Positions 43,547-55,494 of a stretch of 64,000 bases of DNA are shown piece after piece. Position 1 is the first letter of the stretch; each line of letters starts with the position of its first letter. The stretch comes from an uncultured Lentisphaerales bacterium. Its GTDB lineage: Bacteria; Verrucomicrobiota; Lentisphaeria; JABSQK01; UBA12247. The notes under the pieces are model-generated. The model had not been told where the DNA came from and ran no database searches. It was given only the letters and a program-made list of their open reading frames with translations. The position numbers and the translations under genes are program-made. Location of the stretch: positions 32,001 to 96,000 of the forward strand of contig CALSSJ010000018.1 of NCBI GenBank assembly GCA_943788985.1, in the 5' to 3' direction.

Positions 43547-44439
43547 GTATTGGCGAGTTGTTAACAATTTCTCTGAGATTTTTCTAAATTTTTCCAGTTC
43601 CACGCGTGAGCCCTTGTGACTCATGCTGTTAGGGACACTGGCGTCGAGGCGGCGGTTGCGGAATGGCCTCGCGACCAGATTGATCGTTGAGATGGTGGCA
43701 TCTCCGGGCTTCCCGCCAGATTGCGCGAATTCCTGAGACTGGTTGGCTGTGTGGCGTTGAAACGTTTGCGCGCTCCATCCCGGCCGGAGCAGCCAGCAGC
43801 ATAGCGGAAGCTCTCGTCGAATACCGGAAGAATCGCACAACGCGAACAAAGCAGTAAGTGACCTACATCGGACAGCGCGCCGGATTGTCAAATTCGGATG
43901 CTGGCTCGCTTGGGCAAGTAAATTTTGAATTCTAAAAAGTCTGGGGGTGTTTCGAATTGGCTGCATTAAGGTAGGTTCCCTTTCTGCTGCTATGCCGTAT
44001 TTTCCCGCGGTTGCCACCGGCGCGGGCGGTGATGGCAGGCGCGAGGCAACTCACGCCAGAGAGCGCCCGGTCCTTCATCGTCGACCGCGGGCACAATGGA
44101 CGGCGGCTCAGCACTGGCAACGATGAGTCGCTCAACTCTTGATCCCACCACGGCCAGATCCTGATGAAACCAGGCCAGGGGCTCCAGCCCCTTAGTGGTG
44201 CCTCAAGTAGGTGCGAGTCCGAGAGGAACGCCCAGAATGAAGCACTTGATGGCCCAGAATGATGCAGATTGCGCCGTGTTATCTGTGGGGCGGCCGCTTA
44301 GTATGACGGACGGCGGGTTTGCGGGCGGACCTCCGCCCGGCCAGAAGCGCCACTGGTGCACGGAGATACCCGAGCTCAAGATTGTGCCGGGGGCTACACT
44401 CACCTTCCTGAACGACTACCTAATTGGAATCGAAGCGAT

Positions 44440-45208
44440 CATTAACAAGGCATCCACACGGCTAAGCCTCACGCTGTCCCTACTGCGTAGCGGATTCGCT
44501 CTGGGTAATATGGAGCGGCTACCAGCATTGCTCAAAGCCACGCAAGCCCCCGGCGGATTGCTGGTCTATGTGGGCGACGATTTTGTGAAGGAGGCAGCCG
44601 AGGCCGTTGGCGGCGGCAGCTTTCTGGCCCACGGCCTGTATCGAGATCAGGCAAAACTGGCGGCGGCCCGTTCCTACATTGCTGCAAACGGGCTGGCTGG
44701 AAAAATCACGGTCTCAGGCAAGGATGAAGGAACGCTGTTCTTTGCGGGTAACGTCGTAAACCTGCTAATCAGCGGGGAGAAGTTACCGGTCGCAAAGGCA
44801 GAGGTCATGCGGACCATGACTCCCCGTGGCGAAGTGCTTGCTGTCGACAATGGCAAACGGCAGGCGGAGACTAAGCCGGTGCCGAGCACGATCGATGACT
44901 GGACGCATAACCTCTACGATGCAGGGAACACCGGTGTGTCGTCGGATCTCGAGGCTCGCTTGCCGTGCCACATGCAGTGGAGTTGTGATCCGCCCTTCAG
45001 CCGAAGCCACGATGGCAACAGCAGTATCCTGACCATGGTGTCGGCCGCTGTTCGCCCAATCCTTATGATCGACGAGGGCTCGACCGCCGTTCTCTCGCTG
45101 CCGTCGAAGTGGCACGTAATCGTGCGGGATGCGTTCAATGGCAAGCTGCTGTGGCGCCAGCCGCTCCCGCAAACGCTGCTCATGCAACTGATAGAGGTAC
45201 ACAAATGA
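44440..45208 (+). pseudogene. Truncated methyltransferase-like + PQQ-type beta-propeller protein
   Basis: GGLLVYVG...AHGL...VNLLI...DDWTHNLYDAGN...RDAFNGKLLW. It ends early in the propeller. Confidence 0.65.
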
Positions 45209-45675
45209 CACCCGGACAGCTGCTCGCCGTAGTAACGGCAGTGCTTTCACTCACAGCCATGGCGGACATCAAGCCAGCAGGACTGTTCACGAACAACATG
45301 GTCATTCAGCGCGAGTTGAAAGCCCCTATCTGGGGCTGGGGGGACGCAACCTTCGACTACACGGGCTCGGGGCTGATGGCCAAAGGTGGCAAGCTCCAGA
45401 CATTTGCCATCGCCGGACCCGACAAGACGTTCGTCTGGGCCGACGCTGCCATTGAGCGCCGCGACGGGGCCGACTGCGTGGTGGTCCAGGCTGCCGGTGT
45501 TAAAGAACCAATCGCAGTACGTTACGCCTGGGCCGACAACCCCGCGGCATGCAATCTCGACAATACCAAGGGATTCCCAGCATCCCCCCTTCCGGACAGA
45601 CACCTAGGACCTGACGAAGTAACATCGCGCCCCATGGCCGGGATCAACGCAGGCAATCTTAAATCGAGAGCGTAA
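45205..45675 (+). pseudogene. Sialate O-acetylesterase with the catalytic core deleted
   Basis: The N-terminal LFTNNMVIQRE..PIWGWG joins directly to the C-terminal FAIAGPD..FVWADA...AVRYAWADNP...NL.N..GFPASP. Confidence 0.75.
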
Positions 45676-45681
45676 AGCATC

Positions 45682-48600
45682 ATGACTGAAATGTGGACAG
45701 ACCTGAAGGCAACAATCCAGAGCTTGACAGTGCCGTATACAGGCGTCTTGAACACCACCACCGAGTGCCGAACTATCCCCGACTGCCCGCTCACCGGAAG
45801 CGGAGCTTGCACGGTCGCCATGGAGGCCGAAGACGGCTGCTTGACCTACTTCATCACGCGGACCGATTTTTGGGTTAACGACGTCCAAGAAGGCGGAGAA
45901 AATGGCCGTGGTTTTCCGCACTATAAGATCAATCCCGCGCCGATTGGGCGGTTGCGGATTCGTTGCGACGGAGAGGCCACGAGCGCGATCCATACCCAAG
46001 ATATGAGTACGGCCTCGATTCGTAGTGTCTTTCCAGTCGCTGGCGGCACCCTGACGTCCACGCTGGTCCCGCTGGCGCAGGAGGACAGGATAATTGTCGC
46101 CTTGCGAGCAACGGCCGACACCGATGTCTGCATCGAACTCGAAGCAAGCCAGCACAATCGGCTGTGTGTCACCATGGAAGGCGTGCAGGATGGCAGTCTG
46201 TGGTGCGCCAAAGAGCTTACCTCCGTGTTAATTAGCAATGCCTGTATTGCAGCCGCCGTGCTGGGTGCGGATGCGGTGGATATCGCAGCGGATGCGGCCC
46301 TGAAACCTTATCTGCGCGTCACCGTCCGGGCAGGAGAGGAAGCCCACCTTGTGCTCGCAGTGAAGAGTAACAAGGACGACTATCAGCATCGCGATCAAGC
46401 GCTGGCGGCGGTTGCGGAGTTCGCAGCTGCGGACATCGCACCAGCGCTCGCAGCGCACCGGCAGTGGTGGCAGGACTTCTGGCTGCGCTCGACGGTCAAT
46501 CTTGACGACCACGAGCTCATGCGTTTTTACTACGGTGCCACCTATGCCCTGGGCTGTTGCTGTGAAATATCCGGACGCACCCCGCCCGGACTGGCTGGCG
46601 GTTGGGTGCAGAACGACGCGCCCATTTGGGGCGGCAATTACACCATGAACTACAACGGCGAGGCACCGTTCTGGGGGCTGATTTCCAGCAACCGCCAGCA
46701 ACTCGGCATGCCCTACGTGCGCATGATTAACGACTTCATCCCGCGCGGTCGAATCCTCGCCCGAGAACTCAAGACCAAGGGCATTGTCATGCCGGTCATG
46801 ATCGAGCCATGGGGGCACACCGACCACCCCGATGCACTGTATCAGAAGAGCAATGCCTCGCTCGCGGCAGTTTACCTCGTAAACTACTACGACCACACCC
46901 ATGACCACGCCTTCATGCGCGAGTACCTCTATCCCTACCTGCTGGAGCTGACCGCGTTCTGGGAGGACAACCTGGTTTTGCTGGATGGCCGTTACACGAT
47001 CCAGGATTCGACAGCCCGCGAACGCCTCCCCGGTGATCTCAACCCCGGGCCGGAGCTTGGCTACGTGCGCATGGTCTTTGCAGCCGCGCTCACCGGCAGT
47101 GAGGTACTGGGGATCGACCTCGGCAAGCGCGCCCAGTGGCAGGACTATCTTGCCCGACTCAGCGACTACCCGACAACCTGCGAGAACGGCAGCCCCATGT
47201 TCAAAGAGACCGAGAACCGGCGCGAGGTGGCCATGCACGGCCTGCATGATAATCCCGTCTGCCTCGATCATGTCTACCCAGGGGAGGCCGCCTGCACTCC
47301 GGCCTACCAGCTCCTCACCCGCAATACCCTCGACTATCTCGACTCTTGGAAGCAGGAAAATGCCTTCCCCAGGATATTTTCCCAAGCCGTTCGCGGCAAG
47401 TACGAACCGGAGGCGATTCTAGGGCATCTCAAGGCCCGGTTTACGCTCGGCCCAGCGCCCTTCGAAACGCTCCGCAACAACTGCACGATTTCACCCAAGG
47501 TCCACGGTATCGAGGCAGTCGGGGCGATCGAAGCAGTCAACGCCATGCTGGTGCGCGACAATGGCGACGGCATCGAGATCTTCAACAACTGGCCCCGACA
47601 ACGCAATGCAGCCTTTACCCAACTCCGGACCAAAGGCGCGTTCCTGGTCTCGGCTAGACTCGAAGCCGCGGTCGTTGTGGACGTCGCCATCATCTCCGAA
47701 CAGGGGCAAGAATGCGCTATCTACAACCCTTGGCCGGACAGCGAGGTCACGGTGACCGGCGCCGATGGCTCGACACAGCGACTCCGCGGCGTAACGCTGC
47801 GCTGGACTACCCTCGCAGGTGGACGCTACCAGCTACAACCGAGCACCGCCCTCTACCACCTGGATGGCGACCAACTCACAGCCATGGCAGACGGTGCCTT
47901 AGATCTGCGCAGTCGCACTCCCGGCAGCGGGACCAAGGTGTTGCACGGAGACCAAGTAGTCGCCGAAAGCCGGGAGCAAATCGTCTCGTTCCCTGTTCAA
48001 GCCGGGCGGGTCTACACGATTCGGGAATCGCCATTACCCTTGCTGGCCACTGTGCAGATCGACGAGGCCTGTCGCTCGGTTCCGGCTGACTGCCAGAACA
48101 CTCTGGACATCCTCTTCGATACGCTCGACGACGCCTGCAGACTGAGGCACCATTTACACCTGAGTGACGGCTCCGTGGCCGAGCAACCCGACTCCGTCTG
48201 CTACACGCTCAACTCAACCGACGTGGTCGAGATCACGCCAGACCACGTCGTCAGGCCGCTCGCGGCGGGCAAGTGTGAGATCCGCTATACCATCTCCAGT
48301 CACGGCGTCGAGTTGCGGGGCACGCTCCTGGCCCAGGTAATGTCACGCAAGGTTGTGCGCAACGTCACGGCTACGACCGAGGGCGAGACGCAGTCCTGGG
48401 GTCGCCCGATGCACACGCCCGAGTGCGCCGTAGAGGGCGACGGCATGAGCGGAGCAGACGTCACCGACACCCAGCGCCCAAATCCCTACGGAACCGGTCT
48501 TTTCGGCACCCAGCTTTCGCCTGGCGCGGAGACCTTGCTGACCTTTGACCTGAAACGAGAGCTCGAGTTGGACCAAATGTGGGTCTGGAACTACCACTGT

Positions 48601-48918
48601 CCGGATGACAACTACCGGCGCCTCTGGTGGCATGGTGGCTCCGCGGTCGGCATCCGCGACGTCCGGGTCTACACCTCACTGGACGGCAAGACCTGGACCG
48701 AACTCGATAACGCTGGCAAGCCCTTCCGCTTTGCCCGTGCCAGCGGAGAAGACCGCTGCATGGCTGCGACCAATCTCGTTGGCGACAACCTCCCGGTCTG
48801 CTTCCACAGCGTCAAAGCCCGCTACGTCAAGCTAGTCCCCGACCTCCGCCCGTGCGTCGGCAACTGGGGTGCCAAGACCTTCGGCGTAAGTCAAGTCCGC
48901 TTCACAGAGAAGCAATAA
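45682..48918 (+). CDS. GH95-like glycoside hydrolase with Ig-like and discoidin-like C-terminal domains
   Basis: AHRQWWQDFW, PPGL.G, WGGNYTMNYN, GIEAVG..EAVNAML, FTQLRTKGAFLVSA and FDL......MWVWNY...YTSLDGKTW. Confidence 0.75.
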   Translation: MTEMWTDLKATIQSLTVPYTGVLNTTTECRTIPDCPLTGSGACTVAMEAEDGCLTYFITRTDFWVNDVQEGGENGRGFPHYKINPAPIGRLRIRCDGEATSAIHTQDMSTASIRSVFPVAGGTLTSTLVPLAQEDRIIVALRATADTDVCIELEASQHNRLCVTMEGVQDGSLWCAKELTSVLISNACIAAAVLGADAVDIAADAALKPYLRVTVRAGEEAHLVLAVKSNKDDYQHRDQALAAVAEFAAADIAPALAAHRQWWQDFWLRSTVNLDDHELMRFYYGATYALGCCCEISGRTPPGLAGGWVQNDAPIWGGNYTMNYNGEAPFWGLISSNRQQLGMPYVRMINDFIPRGRILARELKTKGIVMPVMIEPWGHTDHPDALYQKSNASLAAVYLVNYYDHTHDHAFMREYLYPYLLELTAFWEDNLVLLDGRYTIQDSTARERLPGDLNPGPELGYVRMVFAAALTGSEVLGIDLGKRAQWQDYLARLSDYPTTCENGSPMFKETENRREVAMHGLHDNPVCLDHVYPGEAACTPAYQLLTRNTLDYLDSWKQENAFPRIFSQAVRGKYEPEAILGHLKARFTLGPAPFETLRNNCTISPKVHGIEAVGAIEAVNAMLVRDNGDGIEIFNNWPRQRNAAFTQLRTKGAFLVSARLEAAVVVDVAIISEQGQECAIYNPWPDSEVTVTGADGSTQRLRGVTLRWTTLAGGRYQLQPSTALYHLDGDQLTAMADGALDLRSRTPGSGTKVLHGDQVVAESREQIVSFPVQAGRVYTIRESPLPLLATVQIDEACRSVPADCQNTLDILFDTLDDACRLRHHLHLSDGSVAEQPDSVCYTLNSTDVVEITPDHVVRPLAAGKCEIRYTISSHGVELRGTLLAQVMSRKVVRNVTATTEGETQSWGRPMHTPECAVEGDGMSGADVTDTQRPNPYGTGLFGTQLSPGAETLLTFDLKRELELDQMWVWNYHCPDDNYRRLWWHGGSAVGIRDVRVYTSLDGKTWTELDNAGKPFRFARASGEDRCMAATNLVGDNLPVCFHSVKARYVKLVPDLRPCVGNWGAKTFGVSQVRFTEKQ

Positions 48919-49227
48919 CAGCCATGAACCGATCCAACCTGTCGGAAGCACTACCTGTCAGGGCTCCCAGTTGATGGCGGCAATGGTGGAGTAATCTAGT
49001 GTGGTAGATCGCTAGGGTGACACACCACACTAGGATTCTGTCGGATATGCGTTTAGCGTGTTGGACAACTCAGTCGACGGTTCGTCCGATCGTGCTGAAG
49101 GATATTTCGATTTTGGGGAGCGGATCGTTAGATTTCATAGTCCTCCACCTATTCTGTAAAACGAAAACCAACTATTGATTGGTTTGGTTTATCCCAGAAA
49201 AAAAGAACGTAAACAACGGTAGACAAA

Positions 49228-50241
49228 ATGAGACAAAGAGCATTTTTCGTAGGATTAGCATTTCTGGCCATGATCGGCCTAGCGGATGCGAGCTTGCCCA
49301 AGAACGTGGTCGTGTATGAAGGAGAAAGCGGCCCGGGCAAAAGCAAGCACGTGGTCTTTATCGCATCCGACCACGAGTATCGAGCTGAAGAAACCTGCCC
49401 GGCCATTGCCCGTATCCTGGCAAAACACCATGGCTTTAAATGCTCGGTCATCTTCGGCGTCAACGACCAAGGCTTCATTGATCCTGGCAGCTCGAACATC
49501 GCCGGTACCAAGCTGTTGGATGAGGCAGACCTGCTATTTATTTTTACGCGTTTTCTAGACCCCAGCGACGAACAGATGAAGCCGATCGATGATTATCTGA
49601 ATCGGGCAGGGCCGGTTATCGGCCTGCGTACGTCCACCCATGCGTTCAGAAATCCTAAATCTACCTATAAGAAGTATAGCTTCAGGTACCCGGGCGATGA
49701 GTACAAGTTCGGCTTTGGCCGCCAAGTGCTGGGCGAGAGCTGGGCCGGGCACTATGGCCCGAATCACAAGTCCAGTACCCGGCTGGATATTGTGCCCAAG
49801 AACCAGGGCCACGTGGTCCTGAGCGGCTGCAAGGACATGCATGGGATGGCCGGCGCATACAAGGCCGATCCTGAACCTAATTCGGTAGTTCTTGCGATGT
49901 CGCAGCCCCTCAGCGGCATGGAGCCGGACTCGGCCACGGACGAGTCCAAGAAGCCAGTTCCGGGTCTTTGGGTGCGCACCTATCAGGGCGCTAAAGGCAA
50001 GGAAGGACGCGTCTTGGCTACCACCCAGGGAGCCTCCGAGTGCATCCTCAACGACGGTCTCAGGCGCTGCCTGATCAACGGCGTGTTCTGGACCATGGGG
50101 CTGGAAGAGCACATTACGGATGATCTGGCGATCGATTTCGTGGGCCCCTACAAACCCAAAACCTTCAATTTCAAGGGCCAGAGTAAGGACGTTCTGCCAT
50201 CCACCCTGTCTGGGTACGAAAGCGCTATCCTGCCGAAGTAG
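49228..50241 (+). CDS. ThuA-like domain protein, secreted
   Basis: Signal peptide; HVVFIASDHEYRAEE and GLRTSTHAF. Confidence 0.75.
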   Translation: MRQRAFFVGLAFLAMIGLADASLPKNVVVYEGESGPGKSKHVVFIASDHEYRAEETCPAIARILAKHHGFKCSVIFGVNDQGFIDPGSSNIAGTKLLDEADLLFIFTRFLDPSDEQMKPIDDYLNRAGPVIGLRTSTHAFRNPKSTYKKYSFRYPGDEYKFGFGRQVLGESWAGHYGPNHKSSTRLDIVPKNQGHVVLSGCKDMHGMAGAYKADPEPNSVVLAMSQPLSGMEPDSATDESKKPVPGLWVRTYQGAKGKEGRVLATTQGASECILNDGLRRCLINGVFWTMGLEEHITDDLAIDFVGPYKPKTFNFKGQSKDVLPSTLSGYESAILPK

Positions 50242-50321
50242 AGCGGCACTATTTTCCGCCAGTGGCGGCCCAGTGTTCCGCCTTCAACACTACGTCTTAA
50301 CTCATCGATGAATCCCCTCGT

Positions 50322-53274
50322 ATGCTGAAAACCATGTTCATTCTAACGATCCTGTTGTTGGGAACCTTCCGCGCTGCCGCGGTCGACGTACCCGCCGACA
50401 CGACGGATCCTCTCCCGTTTACCTTTCACCGCGACGACGTGGTCGCCATGATCGGCAACGCATTGCCCGACCGTATGCAGCACGAGGGCTGGTTAGAAAC
50501 CGCCCTGCAGAGCCAACTCGGCGGGCTAAATGTGCGTTTTCGCAACATGGGGTTCTCGGGCGATCTCGTGGACCGCGCGCCCCGGCAAAAAGGGTGCATG
50601 TCGCGGGACGACTATCTCAGCCATGTCAAAGCCGATGTCATCTTTGCCTTCTTTGGCTACAACGAATCGTTTGACGGGCCAGCGAAAGCGGATGCCTACC
50701 GCAAAGGCTTGGTGAAGTTGGTGCAGCATCTCCGAGCTAGACAGCCCAATGGGACATCCTTCCCGCGTTTCGTGCTATTCAGCCCGATCGCGTTTGAAGA
50801 GACCGGCGACCCCAACCTGCCGGACGGCAGCGAACACAATCCCCGCTTGGCAGCCTACGCCGAAGCCACGCGCCTGGCCGCAGCCGATGCCGGGGTGGCG
50901 TATGTGGACCTCTACACGCCTAGCCTGGACCTATTTGAAAAAAGCGATGCACGCCTGACGGTCAACGGCGCTCACCTAAACGAAGAAGGCCATCGTCTTC
51001 TGGCGGCCACCGTCGCCACCGCGCTCTTCGAGCGGCCGGTCATGCTTGGTGCTCAGCAGGAAGCTTTGCGGACAGCAGTGAAGGACAAGAACTGGCACTG
51101 GCATAACCGCTATCGCGCCACCGATGGCAACGACATCTGGGGTAGCCGCGCCCGTCTCACCTTCATGAACAAGCAGAACAACGGCGCCGTACTCAAACAC
51201 GAGATGGTCATGCTGGATAGCCTGGCGGCAAATCGCGATCGCAAGATCTGGGCGGTTTCTCAGGGCCAGGACCATGTCCTTGATGACAGCAATGTCCCCG
51301 CACCAATCGCGGTCGCCTCGAACATCGGGGGAGGGAGTGGAAGTTCCAGCGCTATAAAGGAAGGCAGCCCGGATTATCTAGCGGCGGCGGAGAGCGCCAA
51401 GCAACTGACCGTGCCGGAAGGCTATGCCGTGAATGTGTTTGCCTCGGAGGAGATGTTTCCCAGCTTGGCCAATCCAGTGCAAATGCAAGTCGATGGCAAG
51501 GGCCGGATTTGGGCCGCATCCTGGAACTCTTACCCGAAATGGGAACCGCTCACCGAGCTGAAAGACAGTCTGATGATCTTTGAAGACGTGGATAAAGACG
51601 GCGTGGCAGATAAGCACATCGTTTTCGCGAAGGTACACAACCCCGTTGGCTTCGAATTCTGGAATGGTGGGGTGCTGGTGACCGCCGGGCCCGATCTACT
51701 CTTTCTAAAAGATACCGACGGCGACGACCGTGCCGACGTTCGCACTGTCGTGCTGGGCGGCCTCGGCACGGCCGACACCCACCACTCTGCTAATAACCTC
51801 ACCTATGGTCCTGGCGGCGGCATCTACTGGCAAAGCGGCATCTTTCTGGTCCACAATCATGAGCATCCTTGGGGGAAATCCTTGCAGACGGGGGCTAGCG
51901 GCATGTATCGCTTCGACCCGCGTCGAGCGACCATCAAGTACCATTCCGGAGGCAGCGGCCCCAATCCCCACGGCACCAGCTTCGACTACTGGGGCTATTG
52001 CTACGCGAACGACGGCACGGGGGGGCGGCCCTATCAGGTGCGCCCCGATGGCCAGGGTTTCAAAATGCACAGCCTGCTCAACCGCGAAGTCCGCCCAGTG
52101 GCCGCGAATGTCATCATCTCTTCCCCCCACTTTCCCGATGATATCCAGGGCGATTTTGCAATGTGTAACACAATCGGCTTTCTGGGGCTCAAGACCTATA
52201 AGTTGCACAAGGACGGTTCTGACAAACCGCCCAAGCGCACAGGCGAGGCCTGGGGCACCCGCCGGGAACCGCTGCTCGAGAGCAAGGACCGCAACTTTCG
52301 GCCTACCGACGCGGTCTTTGGCGAAGACGGCGCGCTCTACGTCTCGGATTGGCAGAACGTGATTATCGGGCATATGCAGCACAACGTCCGTGATCCCAGC
52401 CGGGATAAGAGCCACGGCCGTATTGTGCGCGTGACCTACCCCAGCCGCCCGCTGCAGAAACCAGTGGCGATCGACGGCCAGCCGATCCTGGCCCTACTTG
52501 AAAACCTAAAGCATCCTGCAGATGGCGTACGCCATCGTACCCGGGTTGAATTGAGCGAGCGCGATAGCAGCAAAGTGCTGGAAGCGGCCCGGCTTTGGGC
52601 CAAAGACTTTGACCCGGCCAAGGAAGATGAGGCCCATCACTTGCTCGAAGCGCTGTGGCTCCATCAGCAGCATAATGTTCGCAATGAGCGATTACTGGAG
52701 AAGCTGCTCGCCTCGCCGATTGAACACGCCCGCATCGCAGCTGGTACCGTAAAGCATTTCTGGCGCACGGTCGATACCGCCACAGGCGGCACAGTTTTTA
52801 TCGAGAAGAAGAAGTCAAAAAAGGTGGCAGCCCCTAAGCATCTTTCTAAGAAAGATGTCAAATCCTACCAGGCTGGCGCAGAAATTTTTTCGCGCGATGC
52901 CCATTGCAGCACCTGCCATCAGGCTGACGGCCAGGGGCCTGGCCAAAGTGTACCCACCGCTGGCTGGGACCAAGTGGGTGTTAGGCGACGAAGAACGATT
53001 GATCAAGCTCACTCTGCACGGCCTGTTTGGAGACATCGAGGTCAAGGGCGTCCCGTACAGCATCAAAACCGGCACGCCGCCTATGACCGCCTTTGGCGCG
53101 CTGCTGAACAATCAGGAAATCGCCGACGTCCTGACCTACGTGCGCAACAGCTGGGGTAACGAGGCACCCGCCATACGCGCTGAAACAGTGAAGCGCGTGC
53201 GCATCGCCACCGAAGGCCAAAGCATGTTCTGGAAGCCTCAAGCTCTACTCAAAGCTCACCCATTTGCCAACTAG
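50322..53274 (+). CDS. PVC-type heme-binding protein (SGNH/GDSL-like + beta-propeller dehydrogenase-like + cytochrome c), with a +1 frameshift near 52935
   Basis: [44 protein letters not shown], then YPPLAG...MTAF...[11 protein letters not shown] in the shifted frame. Confidence 0.85.
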
Positions 53275-53284
53275 TCGAGTCTCG

Positions 53285-54532
53285 ATGAAAACTACTATTT
53301 TCCTTTCTTTTGCCCTCGGGGCATTCTGCGCCGCCGCGGCCGAACCCTTGTCCATCTGGATCAGTTCCTACCAAGACAAGCAGTACTATGAGAACATGGT
53401 TCGGGAGTACAAAAAAGTCGACACCAGTTTCGATGCCGAAGTCCATGCCTTCGGCTTTATGGAAATGGGGGACAAGCTTACCGCGGCGATCAAAACAGGG
53501 AAGGGCGCCCCCGATATTGTCCAGCTTGACGAGATCCCATTCAGCATGTTCCTGCGTGGTGAGGTGCCCTTTGTCGACCTGGCCGAGCGGCTGCAGCGCG
53601 ACAAGCTCGCTGACAAATTCCACCCCCAGCGCCTGGCGCTCTTTTCGCAGCAGGAAAAAGTCTACGGCCTGCCCCAGTCGCTCAGTGCCTACGTGTTTTA
53701 CTATCGCAAAGACCAGTTCGAGGAGCTTGAGATCAGCCCGGTAAGCCTTGCGACCTGGGAGAAACTGGCGGAAGTCGGAGAATCGTTGCAGCAATCCGGC
53801 CAGGCCCTCATGGCCTTGGACTCCTCGTTCTTCGAGATCTTGTTGCGCCAGCGTGGTGGGCGCATGTTCGACGAGCAGGGCAAAGCCTTCCCTGATATGG
53901 ACTTGGCCGTTGAAGTGCTCACCTTTCTAAAGATGCTCAACGGCCACGGAATCGCCATCGCCCCGGGCCAAGGCTCGATCTATATGCCGCTGTTTTTTAG
54001 CTCAGATGTTATGGACGGCGAGGTGCTTTGCCTGATGGGCGCCGATTGGTATGGGCTGGACATGCTCCAGGTGAACGCGCCAGATATGGCCGGGAAATGG
54101 GGTATCATGCCGCTGCCGACCTGGGCCGACGACCCCGACCATAAAACCACGTTTCCCACTGCTACTTTTGCTGGCCAGGGCCTGATGATTTATAGCGGCA
54201 GCAAAGCCATCGATCCGTCATGGAATTTCATCAAATGGGTCATGACCGATCTCGAGGCCAACGTCGCGCGCTATGCTCAGGGCAACAGCTTTCCGGCCTA
54301 CAAGCCCGCCTGGACCGACCCACGCATCCTGGCCAGTTCGGACTATTTCAGCGGAGACTCCATGGGGAAAACGCTGCTTGATGTCTCCAAAAGACTCCCA
54401 GCGATTGCGATGAATGCTAAGCGAGGCCAAGCGGTGTTCATGCTCCGTGAACAGGTGTTCTCCTCGGTCATCTACGGCGGCACCTCGCCACAAGAGGCCT
54501 TGGCCGAGTTGAAGGCAATTCTCGATAAATGA
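53285..54532 (+). CDS. Sugar ABC transporter substrate-binding protein
   Basis: Signal peptide; APDIVQ, YGLP...FYYRKD and GKWGIMPLP. Confidence 0.85.
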   Translation: MKTTIFLSFALGAFCAAAAEPLSIWISSYQDKQYYENMVREYKKVDTSFDAEVHAFGFMEMGDKLTAAIKTGKGAPDIVQLDEIPFSMFLRGEVPFVDLAERLQRDKLADKFHPQRLALFSQQEKVYGLPQSLSAYVFYYRKDQFEELEISPVSLATWEKLAEVGESLQQSGQALMALDSSFFEILLRQRGGRMFDEQGKAFPDMDLAVEVLTFLKMLNGHGIAIAPGQGSIYMPLFFSSDVMDGEVLCLMGADWYGLDMLQVNAPDMAGKWGIMPLPTWADDPDHKTTFPTATFAGQGLMIYSGSKAIDPSWNFIKWVMTDLEANVARYAQGNSFPAYKPAWTDPRILASSDYFSGDSMGKTLLDVSKRLPAIAMNAKRGQAVFMLREQVFSSVIYGGTSPQEALAELKAILDK

Positions 54533-55494
54533 AGGGGTTGGGTGTGTCTGCACGCCTCGCTTCGCCATATCGCTCTTCCCTAGGCTGGCTGCTGCTTCCG
54601 TTCTTCACCAGCTTGATTCTGTTTTGGCTGATTCCTCTGTCCACCGGCCTCAAGCGCAGTCTTCATGAAGATCCCGCCGCCATCGCGGCGCATTCCACCG
54701 GGGCACCTGCGAGCGGCCTGACCTTGAAGAACTACCGCGACCTATGGGCTGACAGTCAATACCGCAAAGCGTTCGCCAATACGCTCGTCTACGGCACCTC
54801 TTCCATTCTGATCATTATTCCGCTGGCCTTTTTCCTGGCTCACTTGCTACAGTTGAGTCACCGGTCCCTTCGTTCGCTGCTGACCTTTGGCCTGGTTCTA
54901 CCGGCCCTAGCTCCGCCCGTGATCCTCGGCATCCTCTTTCTGATGGTCTTTCACGGACGCTTTGGCCTACTCAATACACTCTGTGTCTATCCGCTGCAGC
55001 AGGCTCTTCAGATGCTGCAGGACGGCGGAGCTGGTCCCGTGCCGATCCACTGGCTCAAGGATCCTGCGTTCATCATGCCGGCGATGATTCTGCAAGGCGT
55101 ATGGCGCTGGACAGGCTTTATCGCGCTCTTCTTCTTGTGCGGCTTGGAGGCAATTCCGAAGACCTACTACGAAGCCGCCCGCCTTGAAGGAGCGAGCTGG
55201 CTGCAGACCATCCGTCTGGTCAGCTTCCCCTATCTCAAGCCCGTCATTGTGTTTGCCATCGTCTATCTGCTGATCGATGCGTTCGCCATGTTCAGCGGTG
55301 CCTACGCCCTGCTGGGAGGCTCAGGTGGGACGGACAATGCCGGTCTGCTGCTGGTCTCCTATGCGTATTTCACTGGGTTCAAGTTTCATGAGCCTGCCTA
55401 CGCGTCTGCCATCAGTCTATCCGTGGTCCCGCTCATGCTGGTGGTCATCGGAATTGTGCTGATCATTGCCTCGCGGCGAGAGGCGAAGGCATGA
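54529..55494 (+). CDS. Sugar ABC transporter permease
   Basis: Multi-pass membrane protein; WRWTG and the EAA loop IPKTYYEAARLEGAS. Confidence 0.9.
   Translation: MKGLGVSARLASPYRSSLGWLLLPFFTSLILFWLIPLSTGLKRSLHEDPAAIAAHSTGAPASGLTLKNYRDLWADSQYRKAFANTLVYGTSSILIIIPLAFFLAHLLQLSHRSLRSLLTFGLVLPALAPPVILGILFLMVFHGRFGLLNTLCVYPLQQALQMLQDGGAGPVPIHWLKDPAFIMPAMILQGVWRWTGFIALFFLCGLEAIPKTYYEAARLEGASWLQTIRLVSFPYLKPVIVFAIVYLLIDAFAMFSGAYALLGGSGGTDNAGLLLVSYAYFTGFKFHEPAYASAISLSVVPLMLVVIGIVLIIASRREAKA

Noticed and set aside
43690..43900. Possible cobalamin riboswitch upstream of nrdA (minus strand GGGAAGCCCGGAGATGCC)
   Set aside because: Only a B12-box-like fragment. The conserved upstream core (GGGAA..GGTG..CCCGCAACTGT, GCCACTG) is absent.
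46228..47385. 385-aa antisense ORF and similar long shadow ORFs (e.g. 5691-6470, 57407-58186)
   Set aside because: These are opposite-strand shadows of well-supported GC-rich genes and have no motifs of their own.
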